Positions 35,802 through 45,603 of a stretch of DNA of 64,000 nt are shown here, piece after piece (positions within the stretch are counted from its first letter, which is position 1; each line of letters begins with the position of its first letter). Both the position numbers and the translations under genes were made by a program. Below the pieces are notes generated by a model. That model was not told where the DNA came from, searched no databases, and saw only the letters and a program-made list of their open reading frames with translations. Location: sequence record NC_004629.1; one strand, given 5' to 3'.

Positions 35802-35846
35802 GCCCTCCCTTCGGGGAGGGCTATTGCACTAAATTTTATTTGAGAT
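35802..35846 (+). repeat. 45-bp terminator+promoter cassette, copy 1
   Basis: GCCCTCCCTTCGGGGAGGGCTATTGCACTAAATTTTATTTGAGAT, identical to 51241-51285. Confidence 0.9.
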
Positions 35847-35899
35847 CTACATTATAGATTAGCATATACTAATGGAAACATCTACATGAGGTAATTATC

Positions 35900-36199
35900 G
35901 TGAACGAAGCTATTATTTCACTGGACCGCAGAGGAGCCCATCATTTAGGATCTCGCGGTTATCCAATTAGATCAATTGGAGATGTTACAGTATTTGATTT
36001 GAATCATAATCAACTATATCCCAAAATCCATTCTCTTAAAGATCAAAATCATGATGGATGGCACTCCATTAGTGTTGATGATGAAAATGGAGTAACAGCG
36101 TATACGTTTGTTTTGAATATGGATCTTAATCTAGGATGGCTAAGACCTAAGCAGCCTAATGTTGGTGGTGGATATATCAAAATCAAATTTGAACAATAA
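35900..36199 (+). CDS. Beta-rich hypothetical protein (99 aa)
   Basis: GAGGT RBS, GTG start; followed by hairpin 36198-36217. Confidence 0.7.
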   Translation: MNEAIISLDRRGAHHLGSRGYPIRSIGDVTVFDLNHNQLYPKIHSLKDQNHDGWHSISVDDENGVTAYTFVLNMDLNLGWLRPKQPNVGGGYIKIKFEQ

Positions 36200-36248
36200 G
36201 CGGTGTGTACACCGCTTTTATTCCGTGTTTATACTCAAAAGGTAATTT

Positions 36249-37382
36249 ATGATTATGTTTAAGTACTTAAAAAATGTTATTGATATTTTTAACAAACCAA
36301 AAAAGGTAGATACATTAGAACAAAAGATAGCTAATCTAAATGATAAATACATCAGAGAAAATGTAGATGTTGATCAAATTGATATTCTGTCAGGTTATTT
36401 CACAGGAATGCTATCTGGGAAATTACATGATCGAAGTTTAGTATGGGGTTATTATACCAAAGAAACTAAGACATGGATGATTTATTTTGTTGAACAAAAT
36501 TTTGATTCATTCATGTATAAAGTAACTAATAATTCATTAGATATTATTAATCTAACTGATATAGAAGATCTTAAATTATTCTATTTCTCTAATGAACAAT
36601 ACATACCTGTAAATACACCAATCAATAGTGATCTAAATGTGGCTGTAATTTTCACATCAAAACCACTCACTAAGGATTTCATTGATCCATCTTTAATAGA
36701 TCAAGTTAAATCAGTTAATAGTAATTACAAGATTGTGATGGGTGGGTTATCTAATAATTCCAAATTTGATAGTAACCCAATAACTCTAATTGTAGAGTCT
36801 TATGAAGCAGATGGTGATATCGTCGTAGTTGAACTAACTAATGGTACAACTGTGGCCATCAATAGAAAACTACTTAATATGTTTATGTATCAGTCAAGAA
36901 TAGTTGATACATGTAATAACTCAAAAGTGCTTATAGATTTCAATGGACGGCTAAAGTTCACACCTATGGAGAATCATTTAGGTGGTATAAATAGTGCAAT
37001 GCATTATTGGTCAAGTAATGGAATTATCAAAATTAGGTGTGACTATAGTATCATATTAGATCTAGATAAGTTTCCAGAGATTGCTAATCATATTGGAAAC
37101 TGGATACATATTGAAGCTAAGACAATTGCAAAAGTAATTGACTCGGTTGTGGTACCATACTTAACAAATGGGGAGCTTAGTACGCTCATTGTTGATTTAG
37201 ATAATATCGATATTCAGTATCGTGGTTTAACATTATCTGGTAATATCAGCTTGCGTGATCGTTTAGATAAATGCAAAATCAAACTGATAAATCCATCAAC
37301 TGATCCATATGAGATACCTAGTCTAAATGGTAAACGTGATGTCCATGGTTTTTATAGAGTAGATGGAAGTTTATTAAAATGA
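36249..37382 (+). CDS. Hypothetical protein (377 aa), very AT-rich
   Basis: Long ORF with AAGGT RBS. Confidence 0.75.
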   Translation: MIMFKYLKNVIDIFNKPKKVDTLEQKIANLNDKYIRENVDVDQIDILSGYFTGMLSGKLHDRSLVWGYYTKETKTWMIYFVEQNFDSFMYKVTNNSLDIINLTDIEDLKLFYFSNEQYIPVNTPINSDLNVAVIFTSKPLTKDFIDPSLIDQVKSVNSNYKIVMGGLSNNSKFDSNPITLIVESYEADGDIVVVELTNGTTVAINRKLLNMFMYQSRIVDTCNNSKVLIDFNGRLKFTPMENHLGGINSAMHYWSSNGIIKIRCDYSIILDLDKFPEIANHIGNWIHIEAKTIAKVIDSVVVPYLTNGELSTLIVDLDNIDIQYRGLTLSGNISLRDRLDKCKIKLINPSTDPYEIPSLNGKRDVHGFYRVDGSLLK

Positions 37383-37849
37383 TTAAATTAGTGATTAGTC
37401 TTTTTTATAAAATAGTTAATGAAAAGATGTCTCCCACATATAAGAAATTAGTTACATTAGATAGAAATGGATACATTTTCAATAATAAACAAGATCTGTA
37501 TTCGATTAATCTTTCACTCTATCTTGAACTCATTCATTCAGTGACGAATGACTATATTGTTCAAGAAATTATAATGTGTCTAAGTTCTAAGCCACAAGCA
37601 GTGAAAGAACTATTCCTTGAAGACCTAAGTACTAATAATCAACTACATTATTCATTGTTAGCTTGTAAAATAATGAATGAGAGGAAAATCATTAATAAGA
37701 ATATTAATAAAGCGTGTGCTAAAAATATGGCTACTTTTTTAAAGGGTTATTTCCCAAGAGACTACTTCACTTGGTATAGTTGTCTCTATTTAGCCCTATC
37801 GGCTAAAAATAAAGCTGAGAATAACAAAGTATCTGTTATTAATGAGTAA
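37379..37849 (+). CDS. Hypothetical protein (156 aa)
   Basis: ATGA-coupled ORF. Confidence 0.6.
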   Translation: MIKLVISLFYKIVNEKMSPTYKKLVTLDRNGYIFNNKQDLYSINLSLYLELIHSVTNDYIVQEIIMCLSSKPQAVKELFLEDLSTNNQLHYSLLACKIMNERKIINKNINKACAKNMATFLKGYFPRDYFTWYSCLYLALSAKNKAENNKVSVINE

Positions 37850-37951
37850 ATACAATACTATGTAGTAGTATTTCTATTACGTACCTTTCGAGGCATATAC
37901 TCCATGACTTATGTTGTGGGGTATATGTGTTATAATGTTTAAGAGGTTAAA

Positions 37952-38299
37952 ATGCAAAAGCAACTAAATTCTGATGATCTAGATGTTCTTGACTCCTTTA
38001 ATGCAGCATGGGAAATTGTTAAGGAAGAACATACTGATCTATTCTCACGTATAGCAATGATGGCTATTAATAAGTTAACTGATGATGATATCTCAGTCAA
38101 TGATACTAAAGTAAGTATTCAGCAAGTAGTTAATTTCCATGAGAGAATTCGAGATATCATTCCTAGCTCTGAGATTGTTAATCTTACGATTGTTAAAACT
38201 ATCTTAGGTGAAATGAATGGTTGGTTAGAATTTGATGAACTTAATGAAGAACTATTTACAGCATTAGGTAAAGCTTATAGCACTGTTAACTTTAATTGA
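37952..38299 (+). CDS. Acidic helical hypothetical protein (115 aa)
   Basis: GAGGT RBS; hairpin 38328-38347 downstream. Confidence 0.75.
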   Translation: MQKQLNSDDLDVLDSFNAAWEIVKEEHTDLFSRIAMMAINKLTDDDISVNDTKVSIQQVVNFHERIRDIIPSSEIVNLTIVKTILGEMNGWLEFDELNEELFTALGKAYSTVNFN

Positions 38300-38367
38300 T
38301 CATTAATATGAAAATTAAAACAATATAAGTGAGGCATGTGCCTCACTACATAGTAGAGGACTAACAC

Positions 38368-38700
38368 ATGCAGATTCAATTAGATCCATTAATGGTTTAC
38401 CATGGTAGCACTAGATCTTTATTTAATGAAGATTCTAGTTTAAATGTTGTTGATGTAAGGGGCATTCAATTAAATGCTGAAGGGATAGCTGATAACAAAA
38501 ATTACTATTTTGATTATGGACGTAAGAAAGATGATGATGGTGAAATACTCACTATTTACGTACATGATCGAAATGTAGCTAAAGATTTTATTGTACTGTA
38601 CGTTGAATTCCATTTAGGCACACATAAATTTCATACGTATGTACATCCACAATATCGGCATAAATTTCCAGTATTAGTACTGGAGTTATTATTCGTTTAA
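38368..38700 (+). CDS. Beta-rich hypothetical protein (110 aa)
   Basis: GAGGA RBS; terminator 38706-38728. Confidence 0.75.
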   Translation: MQIQLDPLMVYHGSTRSLFNEDSSLNVVDVRGIQLNAEGIADNKNYYFDYGRKKDDDGEILTIYVHDRNVAKDFIVLYVEFHLGTHKFHTYVHPQYRHKFPVLVLELLFV

Positions 38701-38888
38701 TATTAAGGGACTCTTAATGAGAGTCCCTATTTATTTTGCGTAAGTGTATATATGAAAAAGAAAGCATTTATTGAAACTAGTCTAAAATATTCAAACACCA
38801 AATATAACAAAGCGATCATCTGTAATGAAATAAAATTCAAACGGTACTAAACATACTAACCCTATGAATTAAAACGCACGGTGGTTGT

Positions 38889-39287
38889 ATGAAAATCTAT
38901 GGTTCTTCTTTTCATGAAGTCACACTAGAATATGGAAAACCCTTTATACGCAATGGGGTTTTAAAACATTTACCTGATCTAGGTACACCAGACTTAGGAT
39001 GGACTGATTTTAATATCCTTGAAATTATTCCAGGACCAGGTTATATCGATAAGAATACTCTAAACTTTTATAAAGAAAGAGATTGCTTATTTCCAGCAAT
39101 CGTCAGGTTTACTGTATTTGAAGAAGAGCGTAATCGTATTATATCAACAATTAATGTTGATCTGGCGAAAAAGGAATTAGAGTGGAATAAGACTGATCGT
39201 TTTTGGGAAATCGAAAACTTTGCAATTAGATTCCAATTAACTCAAAATCCTTATTCAGTTTTATGGGCATCCAATGGATCACTATAG
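38889..39287 (+). CDS. Beta-rich hypothetical protein (132 aa)
   Basis: ORF; IISTINVDLAKKELEW resembles 63330 and 39274. Confidence 0.7.
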   Translation: MKIYGSSFHEVTLEYGKPFIRNGVLKHLPDLGTPDLGWTDFNILEIIPGPGYIDKNTLNFYKERDCLFPAIVRFTVFEEERNRIISTINVDLAKKELEWNKTDRFWEIENFAIRFQLTQNPYSVLWASNGSL

Positions 39288-39708
39288 GTGTCATATGCTT
39301 ACAATGGTTCCGTTATACCCTGGTGTGAGAGGATATCTTGAAGACTCGGTATTTTCAAAGAATGGGATTAATGATATTGGTTATCATAAATGGCTATCCC
39401 CTAAACGAGTGGTAGGTCCAGATGGGCTAATCATTAGTGAGGTAAAGATAACTCCACGTATAGCCAGAATGGAAGGCGAAGTAATTCTTAAAGTATGGGA
39501 TAAATGGCGAAGAGCCCAGCCTAAGCTAGTTGCTACTGTGTATATTGATCCTAAAGATAATTCATACAGGGTAGAAGTAGAGCCTTTTTATGCATGTCGT
39601 CGGATATTACTTGAAGTGGATTTATGGGCTCAAGTAATACCTGGTGACCGTGCACCATTTGTAAATGACTCTGTAGATGGTACATGGGCATCAAGAGATA
39701 TTATTTAA
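39274..39708 (+). CDS. Beta-rich hypothetical protein (about 138-144 aa)
   Basis: ORF overlapping the previous stop. Confidence 0.65.
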   Translation: MDHYRCHMLTMVPLYPGVRGYLEDSVFSKNGINDIGYHKWLSPKRVVGPDGLIISEVKITPRIARMEGEVILKVWDKWRRAQPKLVATVYIDPKDNSYRVEVEPFYACRRILLEVDLWAQVIPGDRAPFVNDSVDGTWASRDII

Positions 39709-40007
39709 TGCTTATACCAATTAAACTTCGTAAGACATTTAAAAGACTGGGCAAAAGACATTCTAAAAGAGTGTTGGCTGCCCAGTCATCTTTTCTGCCG
39801 TTTGGTGAATTAACGTTGAGGAAGCAAAGAATGCCTAAGAAAAATAAAGAATATATTCTTGATGTTATTGATACTAATACTAAAGAACTACAGGCACAGA
39901 TTAATACGTTAAGTGAACTTGTATGTGAACAACAGAAACAAATTAGTTTATTAAACAGAACACTAGTTGAGTTACAAGATAATTTGAAAAAAAAAGATAG
40001 GGATTAA
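39708..40007 (+). CDS. Basic protein with C-terminal coiled coil (99 aa)
   Basis: TAATG-coupled start at 39708. Confidence 0.65.
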   Translation: MLIPIKLRKTFKRLGKRHSKRVLAAQSSFLPFGELTLRKQRMPKKNKEYILDVIDTNTKELQAQINTLSELVCEQQKQISLLNRTLVELQDNLKKKDRD

Positions 40008-40009
40008 AA

Positions 40010-40339
40010 ATGAATGTAGTTGATGAGTACCTACTTTTGACCTTATTCTGGATAGTTGTTTTATTTTCATTTATCCATGTATCGCAACGTTATAAACGAA
40101 TTAAAGAAAAACGAAGAGTTGATTTTCTAGTTAAAAGAGAATTAGTATATAATTATTTCAAAGTAACAGATCCTTCTGAATTAACTAATGATTCTATAGA
40201 AAGTATTATACTTAAATTAATTGGTGATAATTATAGAAAATTAACAGATATGCAGAAATTAGTAATTAGGGCAGCAGCAGGTCGTGGTTATATGTATAAC
40301 CCTAACAGACCAATTGGCAAACATTTGAAATATATGTGA
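40010..40339 (+). CDS. N-terminally anchored membrane protein (109 aa)
   Basis: LLLTLFWIVVLFSFI transmembrane segment followed by basic residues. Confidence 0.7.
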   Translation: MNVVDEYLLLTLFWIVVLFSFIHVSQRYKRIKEKRRVDFLVKRELVYNYFKVTDPSELTNDSIESIILKLIGDNYRKLTDMQKLVIRAAAGRGYMYNPNRPIGKHLKYM

Positions 40340-40348
40340 GTTATAAAA

Positions 40349-40864
40349 ATGTCAGAAAACCGCCCGTTATATATAGCTGCTATTAAAAAAGATCTTTTAA
40401 AAACAACAGGTTTGTATAAACCTTATAATGATTCACCAATAGCTGTGGTTAGTAATGAAACCAGTAAGTGGCATGTAATGCTAAATATATTACGACATGG
40501 TTGGGAATGGATTGAAATACCTGAAGGTGAGATTAAACAACCGGAAAGTTACCATGACTATGTTATTCTAGCATTAACCACTGTATTAACTGATACTTTA
40601 GATTATAAAAATGATCCAAACTCTGATAAATATATCAAGCAAATAATCTGTACTGATATAGCACTAAAAGTTGAATATGATAAATTAATCAATGTGCTAG
40701 AGACAAGTAACGAGTTAGATTTAGCTGATGAATACACCTTTACTAAACAAGGTAATCTCAGAGGATATTTCCATTATGATGAGTATTATGGTTTAGATGT
40801 ACTGGCATGTGCATCTTATGTGATCTGTTCACATATCGAACTAACACCTAGAAATGTTAAATAA
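40349..40864 (+). CDS. Hypothetical protein (171 aa)
   Basis: ORF in operon. Confidence 0.7.
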   Translation: MSENRPLYIAAIKKDLLKTTGLYKPYNDSPIAVVSNETSKWHVMLNILRHGWEWIEIPEGEIKQPESYHDYVILALTTVLTDTLDYKNDPNSDKYIKQIICTDIALKVEYDKLINVLETSNELDLADEYTFTKQGNLRGYFHYDEYYGLDVLACASYVICSHIELTPRNVK

Positions 40865-40876
40865 TAGGAACTACTG

Positions 40877-41476
40877 ATGAAAAAACGTACCGCTTATATC
40901 GATCGTGCTAAATTCCGAGATTTTCTAGCCGAGAAAAAAATTAGCGTAAGTAGCCGACAGTGGATTGAAAAGAGCCACCCAGATCATAAAGAATATTACA
41001 AGGCAATCCTAGATTACGTCGTATCTAATGTAAAATTCAAAGAAGAACGTTATATTGAAAAGGCAAATGAGGTTATTATTAATGGGTGTATTCGATATCA
41101 TCTACCCATTCACGCTCAACGTGCACTAACTGTAGTTGAAGAAGAATTCATTAATAATGCTAGTCTTCAATTTACTTATCTGAATGATAATGATACTAAT
41201 ATTGCCAATATTAACTTTGAAGAAGTTCTTGATGCACAAGTAACTGAGAATGAAACTGAACTAAGACAAAGTTGGGAATATGTCAATTGTGATATCAACC
41301 CATCAGAATACTTTATTGATGTTGTTGATGTACCAGAAGAACTAATTCTTCGTCTATCTGTATTCCGTTTTGTACACAGTATCAAGAAACTGGAAGTAAA
41401 AGATAAGTTAGATCTTGCCGATGTTGTAGGTAAAGATCTAGTTATTGAAGATGGTAACGTTAAGGTTGTAGAATGA
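40877..41476 (+). CDS. Hypothetical protein (199 aa)
   Basis: AGGA RBS. Confidence 0.8.
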   Translation: MKKRTAYIDRAKFRDFLAEKKISVSSRQWIEKSHPDHKEYYKAILDYVVSNVKFKEERYIEKANEVIINGCIRYHLPIHAQRALTVVEEEFINNASLQFTYLNDNDTNIANINFEEVLDAQVTENETELRQSWEYVNCDINPSEYFIDVVDVPEELILRLSVFRFVHSIKKLEVKDKLDLADVVGKDLVIEDGNVKVVE

Positions 41477-41529
41477 TTTAAGGCTATTTTAGTAGCTTTA
41501 TATTCTGATCTTAGCAACCTAGGTACAAC

Positions 41530-41898
41530 GTGATGCAATGTTTAACACACGTAATGAAGTTAGTGGCCGTATTAAGTACGTTGTTATACGTATCAAACCC
41601 ACTAGCTGCATCGTTGGTAGTTGACGAGAATTACTGTAATGGTGTTGCACTTATAGCACATGCCACAGCAGAAGCACGTCAGCGTAAAACACCCATTTTA
41701 CAATGGGAAGAAAACCTACGATCCCTAAAAGGGTACGGCGTGAAGAACAAAGATAACGTTCTTTACAATGTTCTCCCAGCAGCAATTAAAGAGGTGCACG
41801 TTGTGTATTCACGTAGACAAAGCCCACGTGATGCATACGTTACATCATTTAAAACCTGTATGGATAACAACTACGGTAAAGCTGTGGTTGTAAAATAA
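41530..41898 (+). CDS. Exported two-Cys helical protein (start 41530-41554)
   Basis: MKLVAVLSTLLYVSNPLAA signal; NYC near the mature N-terminus and TC near the C-terminus. Confidence 0.7.
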   Translation: MMQCLTHVMKLVAVLSTLLYVSNPLAASLVVDENYCNGVALIAHATAEARQRKTPILQWEENLRSLKGYGVKNKDNVLYNVLPAAIKEVHVVYSRRQSPRDAYVTSFKTCMDNNYGKAVVVK

Positions 41899-41900
41899 AT

Positions 41901-41920
41901 ACCAGCCCTTCGGGGCTGGT
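41901..41920 (+). terminator. Intrinsic terminator (UUCG loop)
   Basis: ACCAGCCC-TTCG-GGGCTGGT then TTATTT. Confidence 0.85.
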
Positions 41921-41933
41921 TTATTTCATCTAG

Positions 41934-42251
41934 ATGAGAATCTGTGGGTTGCAAATGTATAAAGTATTTGTTATATCAATGATAACACTAACGGCTATAT
42001 CAACATGTGTAACTTTCATTATTAATATAAAAAATCATTATATTCACTGGATGGGTGTTTATAAGGTTAGATATGTATTAGATAAAATGCCCAATGGCAT
42101 AAGTTATTTTTTCTATCAAAATGCTGTCCAAGACATTATAGATAAAGAATCATCTAAAATAACAAATCAACATATTTTTACATCTTTTATTTACGATATC
42201 AACTCATTGATTATATTAAAATGTAATAATAGGGAAACAGCAAATGAATGA
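41934..42251 (+). CDS. N-terminally anchored membrane protein
   Basis: VFVISMITLTAISTCVTFII hydrophobic segment. Confidence 0.55.
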   Translation: MRICGLQMYKVFVISMITLTAISTCVTFIINIKNHYIHWMGVYKVRYVLDKMPNGISYFFYQNAVQDIIDKESSKITNQHIFTSFIYDINSLIILKCNNRETANE

Positions 42252-42534
42252 TATCATGACAGTAATTATAGGTATTTTGTTTCTGATTATAATGATGGCT
42301 TTAATTAACTGGGGTTATTATGCCATCAAACACACGATAAAGTGTAACAGGCTTTATAAAGAAGCACTATCAATTATTGACAATATGAGTGATGGTTTAT
42401 CTGAATACCAGTATACAGTAGCTATTGGACGTTTACGTAAAAAGGCATACTCTATCGACCATTTAACTGCTGTTAAAATGTTTGAAGCATTAGACTTAGT
42501 TATTAAAGATAAGTCAAGAAAGAAAAATAAATAA
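42244..42534 (+). CDS. N-terminally anchored membrane protein (96 aa)
   Basis: IMTVIIGILFLIIMMALINWGYY transmembrane segment. Confidence 0.7.
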   Translation: MNDIMTVIIGILFLIIMMALINWGYYAIKHTIKCNRLYKEALSIIDNMSDGLSEYQYTVAIGRLRKKAYSIDHLTAVKMFEALDLVIKDKSRKKNK

Positions 42535-42542
42535 GCATAAAT

Positions 42543-42600
42543 AGGAGAGCTATTTAGCTCTCCTTTATTGCATTAAATTTTTTTTGAAATCTATATTACA
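42543..42600 (+). promoter_or_regulatory. Terminator (42543-42564) plus early promoter (TATATTAC 42592-42599)
   Basis: 42571-42600 CATTAAATTTTTTTTGAAATCTATATTACA is identical to 58001-58030. Confidence 0.8.
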
Positions 42601-42808
42601 TATTTGGTCAAGTCATATCAAAATAGGTAGTTATAATGCTAGCATTACATTCACTACTATTATTAGTTATAGTGATTTGTTATATAATTCATAAGTGGTT
42701 GTGGTATACTTTCAATATGTTTAAACTAAAAGACATTATTAAAAATAAAGACAATTTAACTAATGATGAACTATTAAAATTACTCATTGATAAAATAAAG
42801 GCAACCTA

Positions 42809-43276
42809 ATGTATCCATTCTTTACAGGTAATGAGAAAGTTACTGTAGATGTTCTTGATGATAAACATAATCTACATAGAAGTTGGACTGATTATAAACA
42901 TCCCATCACGACGCGTGTGGACGGTAAACTAACCAATGTGTGGTATAAAGTTGAACCACCGATGAGTGCTAAGGATATTGAAAATAACTTTACAATTGAC
43001 AAAGATAAAGTTAAATTATCTAATCGTTTGCACCAAGCTTTAGATGCAACGTTGATTAAAAATGAATTAGAAGAGTTTAACAAATTAATTGATCTATGCG
43101 TAAAACATGTTAATTCAGTTAGTATTCATCTAGGTCTTACTATTTGGAAATTAGCAGATACTGTAAAATATGAAAAAGCAGATTTAAAGAAACTATTTAA
43201 TGCACATTATACCAAATCTACTGAACTTGTAAAAGAAAAGAATATAGTGCCCTCAGTAGAAGATATCTTCCTATAA
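42809..43276 (+). CDS. Hypothetical protein (155 aa)
   Basis: ORF preceded by a coupled 30-codon ORF (42718-42810). Confidence 0.7.
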   Translation: MYPFFTGNEKVTVDVLDDKHNLHRSWTDYKHPITTRVDGKLTNVWYKVEPPMSAKDIENNFTIDKDKVKLSNRLHQALDATLIKNELEEFNKLIDLCVKHVNSVSIHLGLTIWKLADTVKYEKADLKKLFNAHYTKSTELVKEKNIVPSVEDIFL

Positions 43277-43298
43277 TTTATTTAAAGGTAATACAAAT

Positions 43299-44207
43299 AT
43301 GCTAAAGGTAAAATCATTACTCACTGGCCATATTCTTCGAGCTACCTATGATTGGTTTCTTGAGAATAACTTCAGAGATATTCTAATTGTAGCACATACT
43401 CAATTAGTACCTGATTTATCTGAGGTAGCTCTAAAGCATGCGAAAGAAGATCACACTATCACTTTCAATATCCATCCACGCTGTGCAAAGAATTTTTATA
43501 TCAGTGACGAATATATCTCTTTCAATGTAACAGTAAATGGAGTTGGGGTCAGTATTAAACTTCCTCTTTATGCAGTATTGGGTGTAGTTACACCTATTGA
43601 TGATAATTCTAACGCATTCTTTGAAATGCCACTAGTAGATAGATATCTCAATGCAGATACTATTCGTGCAACATTAGAAGGAACTGTTAATAATGTAGTT
43701 GACAAAAACCCAGTATTAACTACCGTAGGTAATGTCACTGAGGTTAATTTTAAAAATAAAGCCGATACCACTAATGGTAAGTTAGTTGTAAGGAATACAT
43801 CTGAGAATGAGCATGATCAGATGATTGAAAGCGCCATTAACAGAGTAACTGAATTTAGTAATCCAGAATTAGATGCACATATTAGAGTAGCGGTAACTGT
43901 AATTAAACAGAATGCACCAGAATTAATTATGGATTGGTGTGAGCGGGTTATTAATTGTACACGTAATGAAAACTATCAGGATAACATCAATGTACTTATG
44001 ATGGAACTCCTCAGTTACCCTATTTCAAATGTGGTTAGTGAATCAACTGTGGACTCGGGTGATAATACATCTAATTCATTTGACAATGATGTAAATAAGA
44101 TGGTTGAGGATTTCAATAATTCTTCCAATTCGCAGGTTATTATTAATAAACCTTCTCGTCCTACCGGTACACCAAAACTCACTGTTATTAAAGGTGGTAA
44201 GAAATGA
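43299..44207 (+). CDS. sspB: SspB-like ClpXP protease adaptor with inserted domain (302 aa)
   Basis: HILRATYDWFLEN, ITFNIHPRCAKNFYISDEYISFNV and LPLYAVLGV match the SspB core; C-terminal RPTGTPKLTVIKGGKK resembles the ClpX-binding tail. Confidence 0.82.
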   Translation: MLKVKSLLTGHILRATYDWFLENNFRDILIVAHTQLVPDLSEVALKHAKEDHTITFNIHPRCAKNFYISDEYISFNVTVNGVGVSIKLPLYAVLGVVTPIDDNSNAFFEMPLVDRYLNADTIRATLEGTVNNVVDKNPVLTTVGNVTEVNFKNKADTTNGKLVVRNTSENEHDQMIESAINRVTEFSNPELDAHIRVAVTVIKQNAPELIMDWCERVINCTRNENYQDNINVLMMELLSYPISNVVSESTVDSGDNTSNSFDNDVNKMVEDFNNSSNSQVIINKPSRPTGTPKLTVIKGGKK

Positions 44208-44461
44208 ATGCAACTTTAGCAATTCTTTTTAGTAGTATCAGTATCGCTGGTTATCAAGCCAATGGTGCATCGTAGTCAACCGCTGAGTTCTCTGACATGG
44301 CTACTTGTTTTAGCGCGATTGAGCGCATTCAAAAACTAGCTAAAGCAAGTGCTATTCGTAATAATGTAGAGACTGTAAAAATCAGTGATGGTGTTCTATT
44401 ACGTTATTTTTCTTCTAGTACTAGTAAAGTAGAACATACTCTAATCTGTGTAAATAAATAG
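44204..44461 (+). pseudogene. 85-codon exported-type ORF interrupted by one in-frame TAG (44273-44275)
   Basis: MNATLAILFSSISIAGYQANGAS*STAEFSDMATCFSAIERIQKLAKAS...TLICVNK*; ATGA-coupled to sspB and exactly fills the gap. Confidence 0.55.
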
Positions 44462-44469
44462 GTACGGAT

Positions 44470-45177
44470 ATGTCTGAGAAAATGTATTTATCTTTTTCTG
44501 GAATTGGACACAATGACGTAATCAAACAAGATCTTAATGGATTCGTTCCAATGGATGTATCAACTATTGATAATGAAGTGGCTGATCGATTATTTTATAC
44601 TCCATTCAATAGTTCTGAACCAGGTACCTCATTACCTAATGTTGCTAATGTGGTATTCAAGGTATTACCTATCCATATCGAGGATAACACTATCTGTGTT
44701 TTAGATAGTTGTTCTAGTACCGAATACTCATTGAATGACTTAGTTGATACCAGTGTCTCATCATTAGAAACATATGGTCCATTAATAGATTTACGTAGTA
44801 GTGATCCAATTGAGACATATGCTAATCAGGCAGTGTATACTTGGTTAAATAAGAATATCTGTGATATCGAATTTGAAGTACATGGCGGGCTGCAAGTGCA
44901 ACTAACTGCTGACCAAGTGCGTTCCAATGTTAATGCATTTGTAGCAGGTATTGATCTTGACATCGACGATAAATTGATGGTATATGTGGTGATTAAAATC
45001 AATGATCGTTTATACGATGCTTGGTCTAGTCAACATGTGGTGGAACCATTAACAATGTATCATGTGCAAGGTGGTCATGAGCCTATTGTCTATAGTGAGA
45101 CCCATATTGAAAATAGCCTATTGCGATATGCTAAAGAGAAAGGTTGGGCTGAAATTTTGACTCGTATTGGTCTGTAA
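44470..45177 (+). CDS. Acidic hypothetical protein (235 aa)
   Basis: AGGT RBS. Confidence 0.75.
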   Translation: MSEKMYLSFSGIGHNDVIKQDLNGFVPMDVSTIDNEVADRLFYTPFNSSEPGTSLPNVANVVFKVLPIHIEDNTICVLDSCSSTEYSLNDLVDTSVSSLETYGPLIDLRSSDPIETYANQAVYTWLNKNICDIEFEVHGGLQVQLTADQVRSNVNAFVAGIDLDIDDKLMVYVVIKINDRLYDAWSSQHVVEPLTMYHVQGGHEPIVYSETHIENSLLRYAKEKGWAEILTRIGL

Positions 45178-45241
45178 TAAAAATACTTCTTATAGACTAA
45201 TAATATAGGTAAGATACTAGCCGATTGGTTAGTTGCGCTTA

Positions 45242-45261
45242 GGGAGTCCTTCGGGACTCCC
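45242..45261 (+). terminator. UUCG hairpin (terminator or 5' stabiliser)
   Basis: GGGAGTCC-TTCG-GGACTCCC; lacks a U-tract. Confidence 0.55.
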
Positions 45262-45282
45262 GTATATCGTCTAGGAGGTTTT

Positions 45283-45576
45283 ATGTATACAGTTACACTT
45301 GAACAAGTAGGACACCGTATACCGTCTAGTTTAAGTGCTTTTGTAATTAGACCGTTTGAAAATACCATTACGCATAATGATACGTCTTATTACTTGATCA
45401 TGGGTAAAGATGATTTCGATAACATGCACATGGAATGGCGAGATGTAGCTGTAGTTGATAGTCAAGCCGTTATAGTTGCTACATACACTCCATCGAAAAA
45501 CTCATTTAATCTTGTAAAAAATGAATTAGGTATTCCAGTTAATATCAAATACAAACGGATAGAGGTTGATCTATGA
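45283..45576 (+). CDS. Hypothetical protein (97 aa)
   Basis: AGGAGG RBS. Confidence 0.75.
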   Translation: MYTVTLEQVGHRIPSSLSAFVIRPFENTITHNDTSYYLIMGKDDFDNMHMEWRDVAVVDSQAVIVATYTPSKNSFNLVKNELGIPVNIKYKRIEVDL

Positions 45577-45603
45577 TTACCAGTAAGGTTAGAGGAATGA
45601 AGT

